Below are positions 17,582 to 25,533 of a stretch of 55,913 nucleotides of DNA, one piece after another. Every line of letters begins with the position of its first letter. The first letter of the stretch is position 1. Under the pieces are notes generated by a model that ran no database searches, had not been told where the DNA came from, and saw only the letters and a list, made by a program, of their open reading frames with translations. Both the position numbers and the translations under genes were made by a program. Origin of the DNA: a virus; IMG/VR virus record IMGVR_UViG_3300017751_000001; one strand, written 5' to 3'.

Positions 17582-17605
17582 GTGATTAGTCTAGTGTAAA
17601 ATTAG

Positions 17606-17824
17606 TTACTTGTCAACTTTCCAATCTTTGTTACCCTTAACAGGCACCCAAAAAAAGTAACATTGATTCAGTGACTTGAGAAACATCCACTGAGAACCAT
17701 CTGCCATCTCACGTTCATTTTCAATAGTGCAAGAATGAAAGAGGTCCATCTCATTGGCAAACCTATTCTTTGCCTTCCGAGATAGCGGAGTCACAGTGAC
17801 TCGTTTGGTCTTGGTCTTGGTCAT
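17606..17824 (-). CDS. Hypothetical protein
   Basis: Start MTKTKTKRV after motif promoter copy 10. Confidence 0.7.
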   Translation of the reverse strand: MTKTKTKRVTVTPLSRKAKNRFANEMDLFHSCTIENEREMADGSQWMFLKSLNQCYFFWVPVKGNKDWKVDK

Positions 17825-17843
17825 AGTTGTTTTTTCAACAGTC

Positions 17844-18209
17844 TTATTGTAAGGCATCTAACAGTGGATTGGTGGGTATGGTGTCCAGTTCATTCAACTG
17901 TCCACCCTGTCCCCGAGAACCCTTGCCACCACTAGGGTTCAGTAAATGTTTATTTTGAATTTTCTTTGATTTTCGTTTGACAGGTGTTTTGGTACGTTTC
18001 TGCGATTTAGAATATGTCTTTTGGAGTTTTTCTACTCTACGCATGGCAATATCAAAGGAGGATGATAATCCCATTGGATCACCATTGCAAATTACCATCC
18101 ATTTTTTGCCACAAGGGAGTACAGCAAACAACCCATTAGGTGAGACATAATCTTTTATATACTTACTGTTAAGTATAGTTGAATTGTGGTTATGATACTT
18201 GTCTTTCAT
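17844..18209 (-). CDS. Hypothetical protein (3' end overlaps 28-bp site and motif promoter)
   Basis: ORF track. Confidence 0.6.
   Translation of the reverse strand: MKDKYHNHNSTILNSKYIKDYVSPNGLFAVLPCGKKWMVICNGDPMGLSSSFDIAMRRVEKLQKTYSKSQKRTKTPVKRKSKKIQNKHLLNPSGGKGSRGQGGQLNELDTIPTNPLLDALQ
17846..17905 (-). promoter_or_regulatory. Two-box motif promoter, copy 10
   Basis: GTGGACA-N11-TGGACAC-N29-TACAAT. Confidence 0.7.
17915..17942. repeat. 28-bp imperfect palindrome (11-6-11), third copy of the CCACCA-core site
   Basis: GAGAACCCTTG-CCACCA-CTAGGGTTCAG; first 21 bp identical to 13506-13526. Confidence 0.8.
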
Positions 18210-18410
18210 CTATCCATGACACTCCATAAACTCATCGAGTGTGTAACCTTCGCCAGTGTCAGTCTCTTCAATCAATTGTTCGATTGTAAGTTCTTCCATC
18301 TCTTTGCGATATTCTTCTGGTGTTGGATCTTGTGGATCGTAATCGTCATGGCAGAGATATTCCCATTCATGAACAAGTGCGTCCACAAGTTGTTCTTTGG
18401 TGTAGTTCAT
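18210..18410 (-). CDS. Acidic hypothetical protein
   Basis: ORF track; ATGA coupling to helicase. Confidence 0.7.
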   Translation of the reverse strand: MNYTKEQLVDALVHEWEYLCHDDYDPQDPTPEEYRKEMEELTIEQLIEETDTGEGYTLDEFMECHG

Positions 18411-19612
18411 CGACGAATCTCACTGATAGCGGGTTGACCTTGATTAAACACAACATCAACAACTGCCTGAACTTTCTTGGCAGTGCTGATACCTACTCTG
18501 TCATAAGTTGGGATGCAAACTAACCCAAACTTCTTCTCACTTCCACCCAGACGGATCACACGACCGATAGACTGACTGATACCGATGTAATCCATGTTAC
18601 GCATGAAGATAACAGCCTCAAGTCCACTGACGTTGATACCCTCAGACAGAATAGAGTGGTGAAGAACAACAAACTTTTTGGTCTTGTCCTTGCCCCAGGT
18701 GTTCAGAGTGTCAAAGAATACATCGCGATTGACTTTCTTGCCATCGATGATTGCACCTGTCTTCGATGTAATAGTCATCCAAGAATAACCACGTTTGCGA
18801 AGTTGTAAACAAAACTTAGAATGAGTGAGAAGATTGATGATCTGTTTTGTTGTGCGAGCACAGATCAAAGTTTTGTTGATTTTGTTGTCATCAATAGTCT
18901 CAAGCAGATTGTCACAATCATCAGCAAACATAACCTTACGACCTTTGATCATAGGCAGTTGCTTGACTACAACTTTAGGGGGGAGAATGTAACCCTGTTC
19001 AACCAACTCAGGAGCAGGAACATTGCACAGAACCTGACCATAAACAGACCAATTCATGCCTGGTTTAGAAGGCGTGAGAGAATGTTTAGGTGTTGCAGTA
19101 AAGAAGTAACAACGATTTGTGTTCTCTGCAAAATACTCAGTCGCAGGGAAGAAGTTCTTCTGAACACTATTATGTGCTTCATCAAAGTAGATGTTGTCTA
19201 CCTCAATGTCTGCTTCCACAACACGATGAAGAGAATGATAAGAGGTAAAGATAATAACATTCTCACCTACTGCACGAGCAGTGTTAGCAAAGACATGAAT
19301 ATCGTTTGCTTTGGTTGTAGAATAGTGGTCGGTTTCACCACTATGAACGTGCATCACATGCGTGTGAGTAGTATCAATCAACTCAAGGAATTCAGAGCAC
19401 AGTTGTTCTGCCAACAGAATACGTGGAGCAACAACAACAGTCGTCATTCCGTTGTCAATATACTTACAATTCTCCACAACATCCTGAATCATACAGATAG
19501 TTTTGCCACCACCTGTAGGCACGATAACTTGACCCTTGTCATAGGCAAGCATACTATTAAGAATGCGTTTCTGATGTGGACGAAGGGTCAGGGTCATTCG
19601 TGTTCCGTTCAT
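18407..19612 (-). CDS. Superfamily 2 (DEAH) helicase/ATPase
   Basis: LRPHQ, PTGGGKT, DEAH, TAT, SEGIN, QSIGRVIR motifs. Confidence 0.92.
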   Translation of the reverse strand: MNGTRMTLTLRPHQKRILNSMLAYDKGQVIVPTGGGKTICMIQDVVENCKYIDNGMTTVVVAPRILLAEQLCSEFLELIDTTHTHVMHVHSGETDHYSTTKANDIHVFANTARAVGENVIIFTSYHSLHRVVEADIEVDNIYFDEAHNSVQKNFFPATEYFAENTNRCYFFTATPKHSLTPSKPGMNWSVYGQVLCNVPAPELVEQGYILPPKVVVKQLPMIKGRKVMFADDCDNLLETIDDNKINKTLICARTTKQIINLLTHSKFCLQLRKRGYSWMTITSKTGAIIDGKKVNRDVFFDTLNTWGKDKTKKFVVLHHSILSEGINVSGLEAVIFMRNMDYIGISQSIGRVIRLGGSEKKFGLVCIPTYDRVGISTAKKVQAVVDVVFNQGQPAISEIRR

Positions 19613-19618
19613 AGATTA

Positions 19619-19676
19619 ATTATACACAAAAAAACCCCCTTAGGCAAGGAGGTGGGACAGTATGATAACCGTCACA
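19619..19676 (-). promoter_or_regulatory. Two-box motif promoter, copy 11
   Basis: TGTGACG-N10-TGTCCCA-N5-TTGCCT-N17-TATAAT. Confidence 0.72.
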
Positions 19677-19679
19677 TGA

Positions 19680-19829
19680 CTAGAACTGACGAAGTAGTTT
19701 CTCAGTTTCGGGATCGAATTTCTCTCGGATACCACTATTAGGCATCCAATCTTCAGGACCAGTTTCCATCATACTATCATAGAGTTCATCGAAATCGTTG
19801 TACTCAAAATCAAATTGGTCGTTGTTCAT
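19680..19829 (-). CDS. Small acidic protein (49 aa)
   Basis: MNNDQFDFEYNDFDELYDSMMETGPEDW...LRQF*. Confidence 0.6.
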   Translation of the reverse strand: MNNDQFDFEYNDFDELYDSMMETGPEDWMPNSGIREKFDPETEKLLRQF

Positions 19830-19831
19830 AA

Positions 19832-20107
19832 TCAAGTAGGTTGAGAGTCGCCAGTTAGGAGTTCAGTTGGACCTTCAGAGACAGGTGTTACCATGTCAAA
19901 CTTTTCTGTGATTGAAATCTTTTCACGGAATGAACTCAGTTCACTGTGAAGAGCAACAATATCACTTTGAGTTTTATTGAGAGCACCTAGTACGAGTTGC
20001 TCAAGTTCACCCAATCGTCGGTCAAGTTCACCAACTGTTGCCATTGTAGCATTCAGTTGTTTGGTAAGTCTGTCCTGTGTGTGGATAGAAGCGCGTTGAT
20101 CTGCCAT
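19832..20107 (-). CDS. Coiled-coil hypothetical protein
   Basis: ORF track; AATAAATA late-type motif upstream. Confidence 0.7.
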   Translation of the reverse strand: MADQRASIHTQDRLTKQLNATMATVGELDRRLGELEQLVLGALNKTQSDIVALHSELSSFREKISITEKFDMVTPVSEGPTELLTGDSQPT

Positions 20108-20170
20108 AATGAGTTAATCTAGACGTTGTATTTATTGGTGATTGGCAAGGGTCTCTCAGAGGACTCTTTA

Positions 20171-20228
20171 ATTATACTCCATGAGACCCCCCTAGGAGCG
20201 TCTCTGAGACAGTTTGTAGACTGGTTAG
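20171..20228 (-). promoter_or_regulatory. Two-box motif promoter, copy 12
   Basis: CTAACCA-N10-TGTCTCA-N28-TATAAT-TAAAGAGTC. Confidence 0.7.
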
Positions 20229-20383
20229 TATAAACTCGTTGGATGGATGTTAACAACCTCTCCACCAGTCATAGACTCGCATTGTGCCTTAGCATCAGAG
20301 GGAGAAGGAGAGATAGATTCAAACTCGATAGTTTCGAGTCGATTGTCTCTAGTACGGACTGTAGCAGTGAATGAATTAGTCAT
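20225..20383 (-). CDS. Small hypothetical protein (52 aa)
   Basis: MTNSFTATVRTRDNRLETIEFES...AKAQCESMTGGEVV...; ATGA coupling. Confidence 0.6.
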   Translation of the reverse strand: MTNSFTATVRTRDNRLETIEFESISPSPSDAKAQCESMTGGEVVNIHPTSLY

Positions 20384-20946
20384 GATGATGAAGTGTAGTG
20401 ACTTGTATTAAAACTAACCATAATTCTATCTTGATCGCTCTCATTTACTCTACTACCATGTTCCAACCAACTTGGAAAGAGATAGAGATGATTCTCTCTT
20501 ATCGGTAGATCAAATTCGTAGGCATTATAGTCGGAGTAATCTTCATGTAACTCGCACATTCTATATGGTTGTAGTGGTGAAACAAAATAAAGATCACCAC
20601 TATTTTGTGGTAGATCTAGATAAAGTGCTCCACTCACTACACTATATTCATGTCGATGTCGTCTTGTATATCCACCAGTAGGTAAAACATTATACCAGGT
20701 ATTGTCAATTTGTACAGGTTTACATCGAAGTTTGTTAACATAATCCTGAAGACAATCTACGAATAATTTACCTACGGGAAGAGATTCTTCAATAGAAAAA
20801 GGATCCCATCTGCCATGACTAGACTCTCCAGTAACAGATAAATGGTGGAATCCTTTCTGTCCCTGTTCACCAATTATTTGTTTAAATTTAGAGAGAGTAG
20901 ACCCCGAAAGGTCATACTCTTCAACTAGAACAGGGAATAACTTCAC
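20380..20946 (-). CDS. 2OG-Fe(II) oxygenase-like protein (TIGR02466-like)
   Basis: WYN..HRH..SGALY..LFPSWLEHG..RIMVSFN. Confidence 0.82.
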   Translation of the reverse strand: MKLFPVLVEEYDLSGSTLSKFKQIIGEQGQKGFHHLSVTGESSHGRWDPFSIEESLPVGKLFVDCLQDYVNKLRCKPVQIDNTWYNVLPTGGYTRRHRHEYSVVSGALYLDLPQNSGDLYFVSPLQPYRMCELHEDYSDYNAYEFDLPIRENHLYLFPSWLEHGSRVNESDQDRIMVSFNTSHYTSSS

Positions 20947-22463
20947 TTATTACTCTTCTCCATGTTTGGACCTGCAAGAGCAAGTTGAGCATTCTCCATG
21001 ATAGTCTGTCCACCTTTTGAGTGTGGGATAATGTGATCGATGTGGACTTTATCACCGTTCTCAACATCAGTGATTGGGATAAGTTCACCAGTCAGAGCAC
21101 ACTTACCCTGTTGACGAGACCATAGAATACGACGCCATTCCTGAGGGAAATAACGAGTCTTATCCTTAGTGACAACAATACCACGTTCTTTCAACATGGG
21201 GATGAACTCATTACGGATAAGTTCCAGACGGTGCTTCATCTTGTAATTGGTGTTAGCACCATATAGATCCTTGAACTTACAGGAAGAACGACCAGTCTCG
21301 AACCTTGCATCTTCCTCACCCCAATATTTACCAACCAACTCAAGATAACACTCAAGGAAGGATTCATAGTCCAGTTTGTTGTTATCCAGGCGGTGAACTT
21401 CATCACCCTCGGCATAGATTTCAACCAGAGCACAGTAAAGATCAATCAGACGATTACGAGCACCACCAAGTTTGGTGAAATCACCGACATACTTTACCAT
21501 CGGCATGAAAGTAGATTCAAAGAACTTCTTGAAGTCTTTGAAGTTGTTCTCTGCCTCAGAGTTTGAGTTGTAATCAGAGTCAAGAGTCTTGGGTGAGAAG
21601 GCATCAACCTGACCACGGAAAGTGTAGTAGTTCAGGAGAGATGCAAGATATGCACAGAACTTGTATCGTTCTGCATTAGACTTAAGAACAAAAGTCTTCT
21701 TCTCATTGTCAAGTACAAAGCGATCCTTGTACTTATAGTTCAGTTCACGAATACTTGTGCAGATCTCAGATGTGCTGCAGTTACGAAGTTCCTCAGTGTT
21801 GAGGTTCTCGTTATCATTCAGACGTTCAAACAAATCACGACGTTCTTCACGATTGAGACCAGAATACTCGATCCATGCAATCGTTTGGTTGTCGATAAAC
21901 TCAACCAGAGCAGGAAACTCTTCACAACATACTTCATAAGTGAAGTAGTTTGTCTTGTTCAGAGTGTAGCGAACCAGATCACCTTCACCAGTAGGGATCA
22001 CATAGTTTCCAGGTTGAAGAGCAATCTTATTGTCGAACCAATCCATAATGGTATCGGAACGATTGCCACCGTCGATGTGAACCCAGTTGAAATCTTTGGA
22101 GATGAACAACTTCTGGTGATCAATGAATTGCAGATCTTGAGGAACACCAGATGACAGAGCAATCGGTTCAAGAATCTCTACCGATTTCTCAAGGTTGATG
22201 AGGTGAAAGATGGAAGTATCAGAGTAACCTTGTGCAAGGGCACTCATATACTTAGACTGTTTATCAGGAATGAAACGCCAAACAGACTCACGTTGTACCG
22301 TGCAATCGCGACCAGTTTGTTTGACGATTCTAGAAAAATCTTTGAGTGTAGCGAATTGTGTGACCTTCTGCATCACCTTGCGGGTGGAGAGATCTTTTAC
22401 TGCGACTTCTGTAATTTTGCCAGACATAATAATAATCCTTGTAGGGACTGTAGTGTGTGTCAT
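20943..22463 (-). CDS. DUF262 + HNH nuclease (GmrSD-like)
   Basis: QRESVW, IDGGNR, LFERLN (DUF262 motifs); C-terminal HIDHIIPHSKGGQT..EN (HNH); start may be 22427. Confidence 0.8.
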   Translation of the reverse strand: MTHTTVPTRIIIMSGKITEVAVKDLSTRKVMQKVTQFATLKDFSRIVKQTGRDCTVQRESVWRFIPDKQSKYMSALAQGYSDTSIFHLINLEKSVEILEPIALSSGVPQDLQFIDHQKLFISKDFNWVHIDGGNRSDTIMDWFDNKIALQPGNYVIPTGEGDLVRYTLNKTNYFTYEVCCEEFPALVEFIDNQTIAWIEYSGLNREERRDLFERLNDNENLNTEELRNCSTSEICTSIRELNYKYKDRFVLDNEKKTFVLKSNAERYKFCAYLASLLNYYTFRGQVDAFSPKTLDSDYNSNSEAENNFKDFKKFFESTFMPMVKYVGDFTKLGGARNRLIDLYCALVEIYAEGDEVHRLDNNKLDYESFLECYLELVGKYWGEEDARFETGRSSCKFKDLYGANTNYKMKHRLELIRNEFIPMLKERGIVVTKDKTRYFPQEWRRILWSRQQGKCALTGELIPITDVENGDKVHIDHIIPHSKGGQTIMENAQLALAGPNMEKSNK

Positions 22464-22490
22464 CGTGGGGAACCCCCGTCAGACAAATAT

Positions 22491-22519
22491 AGTATGGCAA
22501 AGATGATCCATATTGTCAA
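22491..22519 (-). promoter_or_regulatory. sigma70-type promoter
   Basis: TTGACA-N17-CATACT upstream of the nuclease. Confidence 0.7.
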
Positions 22520-22599
22520 GCGTTTTTTCGATAAGAGATTCTAATGGGTCGTTCATTGACAGAGCGACCCCTACAGCAGTATGATAACTCTGCTAAGGT

Positions 22600-22773
22600 T
22601 CAATCATCATCCTCTGCTTCTTTAGAGTCGTTATCCAATACTTGCAACATTTCCAACGCTCCTTGCAATTTTAGATACTCTTCTCTCTTCGATTCAAAAT
22701 TCTTTTGCATTTCTTGAAGTTCTGCTCTGAGATTTTCAGAACGTTCTGTGAGCTCTTTTGAGTAGTTTGCCAT
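22600..22773 (-). CDS. Small coiled-coil protein (57 aa)
   Basis: MANYSKELTERSENLRAELQEM...KLQGALEMLQ...; late motif upstream. Confidence 0.65.
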   Translation of the reverse strand: MANYSKELTERSENLRAELQEMQKNFESKREEYLKLQGALEMLQVLDNDSKEAEDDD

Positions 22774-22794
22774 AATAAATTTGACTGTTTTTAG

Positions 22795-22812
22795 TATTTA
22801 TTGCTATAAATA
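22795..22812. promoter_or_regulatory. Back-to-back T4-type late promoters
   Basis: AATAAATA on minus (22795-22802), TATAAATA on plus (22805-22812). Confidence 0.7.
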
Positions 22813-22838
22813 AAGTTATAATAGGTCAAGATATAATC

Positions 22839-24491
22839 ATGTCTACTAATCCTACAGATGGAGAGTATAATTATGATCAGGAAGTTCTAGATAAATCAGA
22901 TGCCCCTGCGGCATTTCCGATCAAGTATTATACTCACTTATCGGAAAGACATGTATATAAACAACTTTCTAGTGTAGATGATTTTATCTTCTATTCTTAT
23001 GTTTGGTTTCAACCAGATCAATATGATGAAGAGAGAGATAATGGTGAATATAAGATTTTAATTAGAGGAACTACATTTCAGCATCAAGCGGGCACAGAAG
23101 ATAGAATTATTGAGAAGTTTGTCTCACATTCTAACACTGTCGTGTTTGTAGACTGTATGTTTAGAGATACTGGTGTCCCATTTAAATCTAATAGAGACCT
23201 AAGAGATTGTGCTAAATGGATTTCCACAATTGCTGGACGATTCAATGGAAATAAGGATCAAATTTATATTGTAAATGCAGACGAAGATACTTTACATCAT
23301 GTCAATATTAATGAACAAACACTTGCTCTATCTGTTGACAGTAGAACCGAATCATTAGTATGCAGTTATCCAAAAACTGCAATGATGGATGGTCAACTGC
23401 CAGAAGATCTTCCAGATAATGTTAAAGAATCGATTGCAAGTTCAGAGGGTATAGCAGACTTTGATGTTAGTGGAGGTACAATTTCAAACGCATATAATAC
23501 TAACTTCAATAGTGGAGACATGCGTTTTAGTCAACTCCGAGACAAGTTTGGTGGCACTGATATAAGAGCGTCACAATATACTAGAACTAGAAGGATTGTT
23601 GCTATTCCCGAAAACAATAATGTGCCTCTTCCAAATGAAACTTGGAAATTTTCTAAACTCCGTGGTGCTGTTAATGGAGTTGTTGCTTCTTGTAATGGCA
23701 ACTTTGCTCACTTGAAAGCGAGATGGCAAGTCTTCAACAATGATATGATCTATCAAAATGACAATTTCTCTAAAAAAGTTATTGTAACTGGTCATTGTGG
23801 TTCATTAGATGTTAATCAACCAGCATTTAGGTGGAACGCTACAGGGAAAGGAGCATTACAATTCCGAGTTAATGGAAAAGTATATGGTTATTCTGGTCCA
23901 GGAGGAAACGCAAACTCAGGTAATGGAGGCAATGCAGGATATGCTTTGCACGTTGCTTCTCCCATAGAAGCAAGAAGCAGTGACTGGAATAACAGAATCC
24001 GCGGCGGTGGCGGCGGCGCTGGTGGCGGCGGTAGAGGTGGCAAAGGAGGCGGCGGAGGGAACTCTGGCGTTAAGAGATGTTCAGGTTGGTTCTGTCATGA
24101 AACCAAAATTAAATGCCGTAAAGATGGAGGCGAGGGCGGCGATGGCGGCAATGGCGGACACGGCGGTCATGGTGCTGGGTATAAATGGACAGGTAACTCT
24201 TGGAACAATCGCTTTAATGGATCCCGTACAAACGGCAGCAGTGGCGGTGGCGGTAGCGACCGTTCAGGCGGTAAAGGTGGAAAAGGTGGTGATGGCGGCA
24301 ACGGCGGCAATTTTGGGGCGAATGGCGCTGGCGGCGGCAACGGTGGTAAAGGATCAAATGGTGGAAAGGACGAGCATGATTGCGGATATCGCGGCAGCCG
24401 TGATGGAGAAAATGGGGACAAAGGTGGCGGCGGTGGCATTTGCGTTGGTACTTGGACTTCAAGCGGCAATGGCACCATCGGTTTTATCTAA
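22839..24491 (+). CDS. Gly-rich tail-fibre adhesin-like protein (gp38-like C-terminus)
   Basis: NGKVYGYSGPGG..GGNAGYAL..IRGGGGGAGGGG followed by GGxGGx repeats; late promoter. Confidence 0.65.
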   Translation: MSTNPTDGEYNYDQEVLDKSDAPAAFPIKYYTHLSERHVYKQLSSVDDFIFYSYVWFQPDQYDEERDNGEYKILIRGTTFQHQAGTEDRIIEKFVSHSNTVVFVDCMFRDTGVPFKSNRDLRDCAKWISTIAGRFNGNKDQIYIVNADEDTLHHVNINEQTLALSVDSRTESLVCSYPKTAMMDGQLPEDLPDNVKESIASSEGIADFDVSGGTISNAYNTNFNSGDMRFSQLRDKFGGTDIRASQYTRTRRIVAIPENNNVPLPNETWKFSKLRGAVNGVVASCNGNFAHLKARWQVFNNDMIYQNDNFSKKVIVTGHCGSLDVNQPAFRWNATGKGALQFRVNGKVYGYSGPGGNANSGNGGNAGYALHVASPIEARSSDWNNRIRGGGGGAGGGGRGGKGGGGGNSGVKRCSGWFCHETKIKCRKDGGEGGDGGNGGHGGHGAGYKWTGNSWNNRFNGSRTNGSSGGGGSDRSGGKGGKGGDGGNGGNFGANGAGGGNGGKGSNGGKDEHDCGYRGSRDGENGDKGGGGGICVGTWTSSGNGTIGFI

Positions 24492-25531
24492 CTGTGAGGT
24501 TGATTGCCTCCCTTAACTCCACTATATCCATACATGATTTCAGTATTAGTTCCTGATGCTGAAACAGTAAGTACAGTTACACCATAAACAGTTTCTAAGA
24601 TTTCATCATCTTCCCAGGTGATGATTTCATCTTTAATATGTTCATCTATCCAACGGTAATTGTTACATTTATATAAACTATCAGATACAAAATTTGAGTG
24701 TGATGCAGATCTTTGTTGAAATACTTGATAGTTATCCGTAGGTTTTGTACCTGATGGAGCAAGTTTACTATAAGTAGTAGAAATTACAAAAGATGTCTCC
24801 TCATATAATCCTTCTGGTCCATATTTAATTAGTATTGTAGTTTCATTATCTCCATCCTGAGACAAAAAATCTTCTTCGATGAGTTCAGAAACTGCACGAC
24901 AATTAGTTCTCGCCAAAGAACCTTCTGGTGTTACCTTTTCTATTAATGTAGAGAATGAATTTTCGTTTTCACTCTTTTCTAGTCCAATCTCTACAGTCTG
25001 TCTCTTCCTATTAATACGCAAATAGTTTATTGTATAGTCTAGTTCGGTTAAATCATCTACATTCTTTACCGAATCTAGTGCTCTTTTGAGATCTCCAATC
25101 GATTGTCTTCCTGTAATCTCAGTAACAAGAGAACATAATGACATGATAGATGGTTCAAATAGGGGAACAGAATCTAAAGAAATATGTTCTTCCTCTGGGC
25201 AATTGAGATCATCGGCACTGAAGAAATATCCAATAATATTAAACGTATAGTTTAATAGATTATTGCGGATAACATGTCCATCCCATAGTCTATATGTCCC
25301 AGTTCCTAATTGAGATTCAAACCAAAATCCATATAAGGTAGTCCCATCAGATTTTTTTGAAAAGAGTGCTCCAGAATCTCTCCTAGTAGATCTTTTATCA
25401 GACCAACTATAAGCGAACAGACTCGGGTTTGCTTCAGTAATTTTCTTAACGTTATCAACGTCAGTCGATGTAATTAAGTTTGGATACTTTCCAGATTGTT
25501 GTACTCTTTCAAGTCTTTCTAATTCTACCAT
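24488..25531 (-). CDS. Hypothetical protein
   Basis: Long ORF; ATG at 25531 (MVELERLER). Confidence 0.75.
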   Translation of the reverse strand: MVELERLERVQQSGKYPNLITSTDVDNVKKITEANPSLFAYSWSDKRSTRRDSGALFSKKSDGTTLYGFWFESQLGTGTYRLWDGHVIRNNLLNYTFNIIGYFFSADDLNCPEEEHISLDSVPLFEPSIMSLCSLVTEITGRQSIGDLKRALDSVKNVDDLTELDYTINYLRINRKRQTVEIGLEKSENENSFSTLIEKVTPEGSLARTNCRAVSELIEEDFLSQDGDNETTILIKYGPEGLYEETSFVISTTYSKLAPSGTKPTDNYQVFQQRSASHSNFVSDSLYKCNNYRWIDEHIKDEIITWEDDEILETVYGVTVLTVSASGTNTEIMYGYSGVKGGNQPHS

Positions 25532-25533
25532 TT

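Noticed and set aside
18821-19741. 306-aa plus-strand ORF
   Set aside because: Antisense shadow of the helicase; likewise 15563-16093 and 46379-46927
7510-20228. CRISPR array or classical integron
   Set aside because: Repeats are degenerate with 0.3-2.5 kb gene-containing intervals; no cas or intI gene; no attC RYYYAAC/GTTRRRY consensus established
7544-20228. Two-box element as a CRP or NtcA site
   Set aside because: Spacing and sequence do not fit TGTGA-N6-TCACA or GTA-N8-TAC
20943-22463. Intron-associated homing endonuclease
   Set aside because: Free-standing with DUF262-type motifs; no interrupted gene or intron core nearby
23980-24516. Ala-rich, Pro-rich and Arg/His-rich overlapping ORFs
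   Set aside because: Alternative frames of the GGC-rich glycine repeats
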